A DNA stretch of 64,000 nucleotides from Paraphysomonas bandaiensis (Eukaryota > Protista > Chrysophyceae): positions 47,156 to 111,155 of the forward strand of contig CBFFRP010000366.1 in NCBI GenBank assembly GCA_965644295.1. The letters are read 5' to 3'. Positions 39,883 to 51,222 of the stretch are shown one piece after another. Both the position numbers and the translations under genes were made by a program. Under the pieces are notes generated by a model. The model was not told where the DNA came from and searched no databases. It was given only the letters and a program-made list of their open reading frames with translations. The stretch's first letter is position 1. Each line of letters starts with the position of its first letter.

Positions 39883-42798
39883 ATGGTGTCGTGCGGGTAT
39901 GTGTTATCTGAGGACATACCAGCCCTCCACCTCTACCGAGGAGGTCATCTTCTCCCTCTCATTCATCATTATAACAAACACAAACCCCCTCAACCCCTCA
40001 CTATACACACACTCCACACATCAAAGGAACACATCGCCTTATCCCTCTCTATCCCCAATCATGGCCTATCCTGTGCAGTGGTTCTCGATCTTGTCCCTTC
40101 ATCTGTAACCGTCCCGTCTCTCTATACTGTCAGACGTTTCTTTAATCGACTAAAAAAAGGATTGAAATGGTATCTTGAAGGGGTACTCACTTTCTACTTA
40201 AGATCTCCTGTAGTCGGTATGCATGTTATTACGAACAGCGACTCATGTGACACTGCGGCATCTTTACTGCTATGTTCGAAATCCGGATACATATATATAT
40301 TCACGTATTCCACAGAGTGTTATGAGTGGCGCTTACTTACCTCTACAAACATTTGTATTCCCCGACAAAAATCATGTGAAAGTTATGTGTCTACAGTAGA
40401 GTTTCATCCTCGCTCACTTGTTTTATTTTGGGTAGAATATGAGGTAGAAGACAGCTCTGTGACTCATGTTGTGAGGTCTTGTACACTTCCATCATTCCTC
40501 CGCTCTGCTTGTGGGAGTGATGAGATCGGTGACAACTGTAGTGCCATTAATATGAACGGAGGCTTGTGTGATAGTCCGTTTAGTCCTTCGCTATTTTCTC
40601 CGGAGTATATGGCTGTCTCCCTTCTCAGAGTTCCTTCCTGCCAATCCCCCCTCAGTCCAGTTACCCTCTCATCGGATCCTGAAAAGGGATGCTGGATTGT
40701 TGCTCACGGGGTAGAGGAGGGGAAGGAAGCATGTGATCTGACCGTTACCTTCGTGGATCTGTTGTCGGGTCGTCTTCAATCTCACCCGCTTCCACTGTTT
40801 CGTGCTCAGCGTATTCAGCGACTTACGGTATGTCCACTCTCTCAATCATGCGTACCTGGGGCTGCGGCCCTGGTCTTGATGCAGACTACTCCCCCCTCAT
40901 GCCTCGTAGCCACTGTAGCCATCTGCCGACATGCTGGACTGACTGTACTGCCGGCTCAGACTCTCCGCCCGTTGCCTGCTGGGGTCTCTGGGAGACTTCA
41001 CTCTGCGCGGGTGATTGGGGACCACCTAGTTGTTCTTTTCGGGCGACGTGGTACCGTTCTATCTACTCCTTTAACGGGAGTGCTAGCGTGTGTAATACCT
41101 GGGATTGGCGTTAGGATAACTGAAAAAGATAGGATCACTTGGCGCGTTGTACAGCATTGCACTCAGAGTCTCATACCGGCTCGACAAGACGAAACAGACG
41201 CTAAGGCGAATCACTATTCCACTTGTGGGGGGTTCTGGGGATCCACAGATGGTTCATGTGGAATTTACAGCTGCACGGGAGGTATGTGGGGCATGACCAA
41301 TAGTAACACTCCTTCTTCTCCGCTTCATGCCTTTCCAGCTGCTGCAGAAACGAATACTTGTGGGGATTCATTAGTAAATTGGTATAAGAGTAGATACACT
41401 GATTCACACGTTAACAGGAATAGGCCTAATAAAAACGCTCAGTCCTCATCTGAACACATTTTGTATCTTACGAGTGATGGAGATGTGCTCCTTCCTCCGC
41501 GAGAATTTATTTCTTCGTTTATGTCGCAACTACTTGGACGCCCTACCGAGTTTCGTCACTGGCCTCTCGGCTCAGCGGAAGTGGAAGATATTGACAACAC
41601 TGTGTGTAATAATATGTGTGAGGAAATAGGGATCATTTCGATTCTACTGCAGATATCTCTTGGCGATGATGAGCCTCTTATCCAGCGACAGGAACAACAG
41701 GGCTGTGCAAGTAGCCAATGGGATTCTCCTACCATCGAAACTCTTTTCTCGGGCCACGAGGAGCTGTGGTTGGAAAAGAAGGGAAGTCTTGGAGCAAGGG
41801 AGCTTCCTTGTCGTTATTTAGACTTGCAGGAGTTGACCATATCATGTACTGATTCCAGTGAGAGACATACTTACTTGGAACTGGTGGTAGAGTATGTTGC
41901 TATATATCGCCCATGCAGCCTATGGAGACTCACTCTATCCGTTCTTCGCCTCGTGTCATATATAGGCAGTCCGTCTAATATTCCAAGTTCGACATCACTG
42001 ACTGAACTTTGCCGATCCAGCAGCTCCGCGCGTGCAATGTGTGCTGTGTTGGTACGTTGCATTGCGGCTGCTGAAGAAGCTGTTGAGAAAACTTGCGTCA
42101 CGCACACATCTACTTCTGACACGCGCTGTAGAGAAGATGCTGTGCTGCGTCTGCTGTCTCTGAGTGGAGACATGAGTGGAGTGGTGGCACGGATGTTGCG
42201 GTGGGGACGGTCCCAGGAAGCAGTAAAATTGTGCTGCAGTGTGTTTGACGGGTATAATACTAGCCGAGTGAGAGCTGAGCTTGGTGTAGCGGCTTTCTCC
42301 TCTGGTGTTGCAATTGAGGAATTAAGGACTATGACTGAGGAAGAAGATAGTGGCGGAGACTGGGGAGGGACGTGGAAGGATGCATCTGTATCCAGCGGAG
42401 ACGACGAAGAGGAACTGGAAGGGGAAACGAGCTGGCGTGATGTCCACACTGGAGATGAAGGAGTATCAGAGGGGCCTACTCTTTGGGACACCCCATGGAG
42501 TATCGTGGCTTACCAGTACAGAGAAATGTTTTTGCCCTGTCTACGCACCCTTCTTCGTAGTTTGGATATTGATTCTGCTTGTAGACTTATCAGTTGTAGA
42601 CCATCTCCTTCCCTCGGTGGGAAAGGCCCTGGTGGAGGTGTAACCGATAAAGAAATTGTGGAGCTGTTTGAGCAGGTTCGGCACTCTCAGATGACGGAAA
42701 TTACTTCGCTTGGAGGTGATGATTTTGATAGTGAATCAGTTTTACATGGTGAACATCTTCGTCAATTGATCGGTAGCTTGAAATATATTGAACTCTAG
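39883..42798 (+). CDS. Uncharacterised 971-aa single-exon protein (beta-rich N half, helical C half)
   Basis: Long open frame; no motif recognised. Confidence 0.7.
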   Translation: MVSCGYVLSEDIPALHLYRGGHLLPLIHHYNKHKPPQPLTIHTLHTSKEHIALSLSIPNHGLSCAVVLDLVPSSVTVPSLYTVRRFFNRLKKGLKWYLEGVLTFYLRSPVVGMHVITNSDSCDTAASLLLCSKSGYIYIFTYSTECYEWRLLTSTNICIPRQKSCESYVSTVEFHPRSLVLFWVEYEVEDSSVTHVVRSCTLPSFLRSACGSDEIGDNCSAINMNGGLCDSPFSPSLFSPEYMAVSLLRVPSCQSPLSPVTLSSDPEKGCWIVAHGVEEGKEACDLTVTFVDLLSGRLQSHPLPLFRAQRIQRLTVCPLSQSCVPGAAALVLMQTTPPSCLVATVAICRHAGLTVLPAQTLRPLPAGVSGRLHSARVIGDHLVVLFGRRGTVLSTPLTGVLACVIPGIGVRITEKDRITWRVVQHCTQSLIPARQDETDAKANHYSTCGGFWGSTDGSCGIYSCTGGMWGMTNSNTPSSPLHAFPAAAETNTCGDSLVNWYKSRYTDSHVNRNRPNKNAQSSSEHILYLTSDGDVLLPPREFISSFMSQLLGRPTEFRHWPLGSAEVEDIDNTVCNNMCEEIGIISILLQISLGDDEPLIQRQEQQGCASSQWDSPTIETLFSGHEELWLEKKGSLGARELPCRYLDLQELTISCTDSSERHTYLELVVEYVAIYRPCSLWRLTLSVLRLVSYIGSPSNIPSSTSLTELCRSSSSARAMCAVLVRCIAAAEEAVEKTCVTHTSTSDTRCREDAVLRLLSLSGDMSGVVARMLRWGRSQEAVKLCCSVFDGYNTSRVRAELGVAAFSSGVAIEELRTMTEEEDSGGDWGGTWKDASVSSGDDEEELEGETSWRDVHTGDEGVSEGPTLWDTPWSIVAYQYREMFLPCLRTLLRSLDIDSACRLISCRPSPSLGGKGPGGGVTDKEIVELFEQVRHSQMTEITSLGGDDFDSESVLHGEHLRQLIGSLKYIEL

Positions 42799-43214
42799 AT
42801 AGCAATTCTATAGCACAGAATTATAGATTGTAAATAATGTATCTATTTATGAAAGAATTTGAAGATATTGTCTAAGTGTTCAAGATTCGTTTATATTTCA
42901 ACGAGTAATGATATGTTGAGTTACTTAGGCCTATTATACATTACACTATTATATAGATATGACAAGTCTACAAAGAGAAAGAATTTTTCTATTGGCGGGT
43001 TGCGGGCAAATTAAAATCCAGTAAGATTATATTGACATCATTCAAGTCCTCCAAATTGCCCTTACAGTATAATAATATTACTTCAAGTATAAGAGTACTA
43101 TGGTAAAATGCTTTCCATTACAATGCAATGAAAAATTCGCGTATACCGTACCTCTAACGAGGCATATATATTACAACATTAAGAACATTTAAGATTTCTT
43201 CGTTTTGAAGCCAC

Positions 43215-44631
43215 TTATATATCACGCGCATGAAATTTATTGTAGTTATCCATATTTCTCCGTAAAATGGGATCCAGAGGCCCGAATATCCTTTTAAAAG
43301 TAGCTTTATCTAAGAAGAGCACCTTCAGAGTTTGTTTGGGTGCTGCGCGTACTGTCGCTTGTCGGTGTTTCTTTTCAAGCAGTGCAATTTCGCCAAAGTA
43401 GTGACCGGTAGTCAGACTAGACACCACGTTTTCATAACCAGTTGTAGGATCGCGTTGTGTACATATAGCCTCCCCGCTCTACATACCACGCCATGTTAGA
43501 CTTCATACTAGAGTCGCATTGGAGACCACATACTCACCTCAATGATATAGAAAGTGTCCCCAACCTCTCCTTCTTTGCACACAACGGCTTCGTCACTGAA
43601 CTCAGCCGGGAGGAGGGCATCCGCCACCGCCATAACTTCCATTTCACTGAGACTATCCAATATAGGTACTTGCCGCAAAAAGGACATATATTTTTCTCTT
43701 TTTCGGATAGTAGCTCCCACTACTAGGACACGAAATGTGAGACGGTCCAGAGACCACAGACGGCACTCAGAGGATGCGCGGCAAGTCGCAGCCCGTGGTG
43801 CATTGTAAAGCAGGGCAAGCTCGCCAAAAGTACTACCAGCTGAATAGGTGTGTACTAGAGACTCCTCTCCTCCACCTTTGCGAACAAAGACGTCCACCTC
43901 TCCTGATTCCAACAAATAAAAGACATCTCCGGACTCTCCCTGAATTATGATATCTTCTCCAGGTTGTTTAATCAATGGTCCGCTAAGAGCCTTCAAAACT
44001 TGATCCTTAGGCTCTTCGTCAAGGTTCATCAATACCTGCGACTTATGTATAATCTGGATAACAGTAAGAACATTACCTATTATAAAATTTATTGGCCACA
44101 AACCTCCATCAGTGTTGCTGCGTCCTCTTCACTCTTCTCATAAACAGGGATGAGCTTCATGCGCTCCTTGAGAGTCTTCGGGTCTATGGGTTCGGCAGAC
44201 ACAGCCATAGCCCTTGCCCTGCGCTTCTGAATCTTCTCCTCCTCGTCCAGTCCCTCCTCATTGTCGGAGTCAGAGTCCTCTGCCGTAGACCTCGGTGTCT
44301 CCTCTATGACCTCCTTTTCAACTCTGTCAAACCAGCATTATACACAATCTAAAGGAATCATTGTGCTCTTACTCCTCAGCTTTAATGAAACGGGAGTGGA
44401 TCTTTTCCGTCTCGTCCGGATAGGCCTCCAGCAGGTACTCGACCATATACTCGACAGGGTTTGGTGGTTTTGCCTCCAGTACATTCTCGACGAGCTTTGT
44501 GAATATTGTGTTGAAGTCTTTGCTATCTAAGTACGTCTGAAGCTGTGCTTGTACATGCGCAGCCTATACACACGTAGCCATAACCCTCAATACACACACA
44601 TACCCCTGTGACTTACATGTTCCTCAGCCAT
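43215..44631 (-). CDS. PRKAR: cAMP-dependent protein kinase regulatory subunit
   Basis: D/D domain (KPPNPVEYMVEYL), inhibitor site RRARAMAVSAE, two cNMP cassettes FGELALLYNAPRAAT and FGEIALLEKKHRQAT. Confidence 0.92.
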
Positions 44632-44754
44632 GACAAGCACTCAGGATAACTAACACCACTAGAGAAGGAATAGAGACGATGGGCGAAGAAGCCGATGACA
44701 CTTCTATAACTATAGTTTAAAACTGCCACAGGTCCACACTGTACTACAGCACGT

Positions 44755-45405
44755 GTATGCATGTATGTATGTATGTATGTATGTATGTATGTATGTATGC
44801 ATGTATGTATGTATGTATGTAGGTATGTATGTATGTATGTATGTATGTATGTATGTACGTATGTATGTATGTATGTATGTATGTATGTATGTATGCATGT
44901 ATGTATTTATGTATGTATGTATGTATGTATGTATGTATGTATGTATGTATGTATGTATGTATGTATGTATGTAGGTATGTATGTATGTATGTATGTATGT
45001 ATGTATGTATGTATGTATGTATGTATGTACGTATGTATGTATGTATGTATGTATGTATGTATGTATGTATGTATGTATGTATGTATGTATGTATGTATGT
45101 ATGTATGTATGTATGTATGTATGTATGTATGTATGTATGTATGTATGTATGTATGTATGTATGTATGTATGTATGTATGTATGTATGTATGTATGTATGT
45201 TTGTGTATGTATGTATGTATGTATGTATGTATGTATGTATGTATGTATGTATGTATGTATGTATGTATGTATGTATGTATGTATGTATGTATGTATGTAT
45301 GTATGTATGTATGTATGTATGTATGTATGTATGTATGTATGTATGTATGTATGTATGTATGTATGTATGTATGTATGTATGTATGTATGTATGTATGTAT
45401 GTATG
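44755..45405. repeat. About 650-bp (TATG)n microsatellite in the divergent promoter
   Basis: Direct inspection. Confidence 0.98.
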
Positions 45406-45565
45406 AGTATTCGGTGTGTAGGTACAGCATGGTATGTTGGAGTGCTGGAGCAATCTATCTATCTATCTATGCATGTAGATGTCTGATCATATCTCTCACA
45501 GTAGTATCTATCCATCCTTTACATCCAAAGTATCAGCGTTTGATCTGCCCATATATCAGTAGTAC

Positions 45566-48500
45566 ATGGAGGGGTTCGAGTCTCTGGATACTCTCATAGC
45601 ACAGTGCATAGATAACTCCCCTCATGTACACGTGCTCCGTCGACAAGCCTCTCGTCTTATTCATCGTATGCATGCAGTGCGATCAGGTTTAGTTCATCGT
45701 ATAGATCGTATAGAGAGAGGCACAGGAGAGATCACTGAGGACGATATGAGGGATATAAACACACTGGAGAGAGACGTACAGACACTTGCTGATGCTATCC
45801 ACTCACGTCTACTGGTCCCTATATACGAGTGGCCATCTTGTGATGAGTATTCATCAATAGTGAAATATTTCCAAAAGGTTTACGCTGATATTATCAAGTT
45901 GAATGACTCGATGAACCTTCAATTGCCTTTGCCAGTTATTAAAGAAGACTGGCAGGACACTATCGATGCGGCTATTGATTGGATGGACTGCTTGAGTGAC
46001 ATAGAAAGCAACGTAGATTCGAGAACACCCGATGTGCTGGAGTGCATCAATGGACAGAACCCTGGAGCCCCTCGCTTGTTGCAGATTTGTGCAGAAGATA
46101 TCATAGAAATGCACAACGTGTTGGATCCGGCACCCAAAGAAAACCGAGAGTGCATTCATGCAGAAAGCGACTCTGATGAGGAGCAGCAGTCTACAAATGT
46201 GGCACAGAATGAGCATGTTACTCATTCTTCCTCTGTGTCTTGTCATCTGGGAGTTGTGCGGGGTGCTCCTGTTCATTTGAAAATTGTGACTGCAGAGGCT
46301 GTTCGAGGTGGACGCGGAGGCGGGGGATTGTTGCACTTGGCGTATTTATCTAATAACACGGCGCAGTCGGATTACTTGCAACGAGTACTAGCGGTGTGCT
46401 TGGAGGCGGAAAAGCTGAAAACCTTCTCTCAAGAAAAAGTTCGAACTGATGAGCTGGAGGGTATTACCACCGACAGTGACACGAAGCCTGCTGCTTTTGG
46501 TATCGATGCTCTTGCTACTAGTTTGACATGCGTTAATGCTTTAGTTGGGTCGGGCGAGAGCGAGGAATTTTCTTGTTTCCCTCATAGCATTGTTCTTATC
46601 TCACAGCTGGCTCCATTCGGCTCCCTCCGGGAGTTCATGTCCCACCCTCCTGATGACGTGCTCGTAGACGAATCCACACAACTGCGTAAGGACAAATATA
46701 ATGGGGGGGTAATCAGTCCTCTTGTTAAAGCCTCTATTATGCTGGATGTGTGCTCTGGACTACAGGCGCTACACGCCAAAGGCATAGCACATGGACGATT
46801 GCACTATAACAATGTGCTCATATTCCAAGGCTATCGTGCAAAGTTATGTGACTTCGGACTTGCCCACGTCTTGAATCCCCAATCGAATCGGGGGGGAGAT
46901 GTCCCAGGACCTGATTCAAAGTCGGTTGAAGCCGGGGGAATTGGTTGTGAGGCTAGGTGGAAGGCTCCTGAGGTCTCGCTGCGGTTTAAGGAGATGGAGG
47001 GTTTGCTGCACACCACTGCGGTGAGTTAAGACGTGTCAAATGACCTTGTAGGCATTACTCTTATGGTGTTGCATTAACGCTATACTCGTGCTGTTTAGGC
47101 GGATGTATATAGTCTTGGTATGGTTATGTTTTCTGTGGTAACGGAAGGGTTGAAACCGTTCTTTAACTTGCCCTGGGAAGAGGCCGTCATTAACAGTCTC
47201 TCCCGAGGAGAAAGGTTATAACATATGTAATGCATCTTTTTGGTCCCTTATTTTTGGTAACACAGGCCGGCATTTCCTCGAAAAGTTCCATTTCGAAATA
47301 CCTTTAAGCCTGTAGTGGCGGAAGATGACGGGTTGGTAGTGAGATGCTGGCGAAATCACCCTGAAGAGAGGATAAATTTGAGAGATGTGGAGGTGAAATG
47401 ATGACTTCTTGCCTCTGTCACGTGATTAGCTGACACTTATACGTAGCCCGTTCTGAAATCCATTCTCATTGACGTAATGTATGAAAATGAAACGAGGTGA
47501 GTGGTATAGATGCATAACAGTTTTTCTCACAATTGCTGTACAGAATTAGAGAAGAGCTGGAGTGCGATATAAATATCGCTGAGATGAATGCGGATGGTAT
47601 TCCTTTGAACTATTCTCTTTGGGTTTGTCTTATCGTGGCGATATGTAATTATTGCAGTTAAAGCGAAGAAGTTAGCAGCCGGGGAGAATAAAGCGGAGAA
47701 AGCCAAAAGCATTCTGCAAAAAAAGGAGGTGACTTTGTATTTTGTCCTTCTGGTCGAGTATTGATATTTAAATTCAGGATGATATGAACGCGAAAAAACT
47801 AGCTAGTGAAAAGAGGAAGCTCAAGGCTGCTCTTGATAAAGCGAGGTAAGTGTATACTTTGAGCATTTTCTCTTCATATTAGCTTTTTACAGACCTAAAT
47901 TAACGGCGCTGGAGGCTGAAAACGAAGTTCTTCGTGGTGAGATTGAGGCGCGCAAGAAAGAAAGGTCGGATGGGTATTCTTGGACATATAACAATAATAT
48001 GTGCAAACAGTTCCCGGCTGAGAGCAGAATTGAAGGCTTCAGACAAGCGACTCATGGGTGGAAAGAATTACATTTTACGTCACCGGACTTGGAATGATAC
48101 ATTTGATATTGTACGTACTTGATTTTGACTCTAAATTGCCTAATTTGTCATTTTTTCGCTGCAGGGGGAATTGATTTCCAGATATGGACGCAAACATGAG
48201 GTACCATATCTCACCAAGTGGTGTGGTCCAAAGCATGCTCTGAAATCATTTGCATTCGAGTGCGGGAGACCACTTGAGGAACACGACGAGATTGGTATGA
48301 ATTAGGCTATTCTTTGTGCACGAACTGCCTTATCAGTGCTGTTGGAATGTTGTGTGCAGATGACTCAGCGCTGTTGTCCTTGTGTGCTGGCTCCATGTAT
48401 GGCAGGGTGAGTGAACCACAGGTGGATACCTCTATGTTTTTTCAGTTCCATATCAATTCCGGTGAAACTTCTGGAACAAGTTCTAGTGGTGGTAAGGTTC

Positions 48501-50420
48501 ATTCTTCAGCAGTATCATCAGATGTAGATAACCCATTGGGTGGCGGCCCATTTCGTCGAGCCAGTATCAAACAATTTTATAACAATGACACGCTGGTTCG
48601 TACTACTTCTCGTGATTCCATTGGAAGTATTGGACGATCTACTTCATTGCATGGGGATGGTGCCGAGATCTGGGACTGGCCAGCGAGCGATGTTGATGGT
48701 GTGAGTAGGAAGAGTAAGGGTAAGTCTGCGTCCGGAGATGAGTTCCGACCCATTTCCAGACAGAATCCTCAATCTGCTATACACGTCGACATGACTGAGG
48801 TACATAGCTTACCGATTGTGTCTCTTTTTTCTATCTCCTTTGTTAATATCTAAAATTATTTACAGGAACTGAGGAATCTTGACCTCGATGAAGATATGTA
48901 TGACATAGATGTGCAGACAGACGAACCAGAGACGATGTTTCTGACAGCCTTAAGGTTATCTTGAGTTATGCTCACGATTCCTCTTACTTATTTGTTGCAG
49001 GGGCGATGTAGTAGAGTCTGTGGGGATGTACCGTAGTCAGGTAGGAAACATATTCATACCTTTAGTATGTAATCGCACGTAGTGCTTCAATGTCAAGTTC
49101 ATCAACGAGGTCGCCGCTGCCTGGCAGGGTCAGGCTACTATCAATCAAGAGGTAATTTGTAGATGACTTCAGGATTTTACTTACTTTATTAAGGATCTTG
49201 AGTCATGGTCAAGCCCCTGTCACTTAGCGGCACATCTGGGACACCTGTCGGTGAGTGTAGGAACTATATATGTTTGTTTGAGGTGATGATGGTCGTAGGT
49301 GTTGAGGAATCTGATTGAAGTAAATGGACTCCCACCAGATCAACCGTCAGATGAGTATGAACGTACGCCCTTGCATCTTGCATGCCGTGCTGGGCACCTA
49401 CATATAGTGCGCTACTTAGTGGAGAGGCACAAATCTGACATGGAGAGGGCTGGTCAGTTTTTGCTGCAGTCATGTGTTGATGACTGACTGCTGCTTGCTC
49501 GTAGATCATGAATCTCTGACTCCAATTCTTGTCGCTGCAATGTGCGGGCACGCGGCTATTGTCAGCTATATATCGAAGCGACTTAAGCACAAGGTAGGCA
49601 CTTATATGTTACGGCTCGTACCTGATATCCCATGCAGAGCGGAAAGGACTTTTATGCAGACAAGGTATGTGAGGATGTTCTTGTCAAGAGTAACATGATA
49701 ACTTGAGTAGGAATTGGGAGGATCCCTTCTACACTGGGCCTGCGTCTGTAGCACTTCCACTGTGTATAGGAGAACCATGTGCACTATTGATTCTCGCCAC
49801 CTCGACACAGTGTACCTTGCATTGACTGACCTCAAAATTCCGGTTGATATAAGGTAAAGTGAAGCTGTTGTGCTCTGTATCGAGTTTAATTGAAGTAGGT
49901 CCAGCATTGATCAGAGCACCCCGCTGCACTGGGCGTGCGCTGTTTCCCCACCTACCCGTACTAAGCTTAAGGTCCAGCCACTCAACCTTGAATGTACTTT
50001 GTACGGTAATTGTCCCCTCAGGTAATAGAAGCGCTTGTGGAGAAAGGAGCTGATGTGAATGCGGAGGACGATGAAGGTAATACTAGGAATCCGGGAGCTG
50101 TAAAGCACTAAAATATTCTTCATACTCTCAGGACAAACATGCTTATTCTACGCAGCGGCTAGTGGTGATATTGTCCTCGTTAGGTATGATTTTTACGTAC
50201 TTATCCATTGTTTGACTATACTCACAGAATATTGGTGGAGAAGTTAAATGTTGTAGTGGGGAAGAAAGATATAGACGGGGACACTGCTCTAAAGGTATCA
50301 TGTTTCTAGGTCAAATTGGAATGTATTTTCTCACCTGTGTGAAAATAGGTTGCAACGGGTGAGTGTTACGCTTATTTAAAATCCAGATCTCATGGAAAGC
50401 GATTCTCTATACTGTATTAG
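45566..50420 (+). CDS. MLKL-like protein: N-terminal 4-helix bundle, pseudokinase, coiled coil, C-terminal ankyrin repeats; multi-exon
   Basis: N-terminus RRQASRLIHR; VHLK, HGRLHYNNVLI, LCDFG, RWKAPE, DVYSLG; ankyrin TPLHLAC, TPILVAA, PLHWA, TCLFYAA. Confidence 0.8.
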
Positions 50421-50951
50421 CATGAACTATTTATATATGTGTCGTACATCTATCCTAAATAAAGTCAAACGTAACTTGGAAATAGATATATTCTTATGGG
50501 TGCCTGCGTTTAGACCTTGATTTCTTTCTATCGCCGTTGTATATGCTAGTTCACCTTTCCGGCTACTTCCAACATAGCATCATGATGATGTGAAATTAAT
50601 GATGACTTTAGCTCTATGGTTCATCTACTTTCTAGAACTATCAACTCGGTAAAACTGAAAGCCCAAAGTGTATATTGACACATAGCTTGCTTGCTTTAAG
50701 CAGTCTATGTACTGCAGTGTCACAAATCCCTAGAATGTGTTATTGCGGTGACAAGACATCTATCGCCTACAATCATGAAGATATACTAAAAAGTTGGCTT
50801 AAAATGCAATTGTTAAATTGTAAAGATAGAAAAAAATTTAATTCAACTCTTTGGTCTCAACGAGAGGCGCATCCGTAAATCAGTAGTCTATAATCTTACT
50901 TTTAAATTAAACATCTTACTGCCAATACTATTGAACGAAGGAGTTTAATTA

Positions 50952-51189
50952 TATATGAAGATCTGATTATTACATGAGAGAACTTATTGCATTTATCTAT
51001 CTATGACTCTAGACTAGTGGTAACTCAGATTACGAAATGCTCAGTTGTCTCGGGACTGCTTGTGCATTGCTGCAAGCACCTTGGTGCAACCATCCCTTGT
51101 GTTGAGTTTAATCTGGTGGTCTTCCTTTGGGTAATGTTTCTGGCGGTCCAGAGCCGAATGCGAGCCGGGATGTGCGGGGTGACGTGTTC
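50952..51189 (-). mobile_element. Short 5'-truncated LINE fragment flanked by a 33-bp direct repeat
   Basis: CTGCCAATACTATTGAACGAAGGAGTTTAATTA at 50919-50951 and 51190-51222; encodes ...LPKGRPPD*. Confidence 0.85.
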
Positions 51190-51222
51190 CTGCCAATACT
51201 ATTGAACGAAGGAGTTTAATTA

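Noticed and set aside
44710-45599. Long MYVC/HTYI-repeat ORFs (also 16318-16667)
   Set aside because: Translations of the TATG microsatellite
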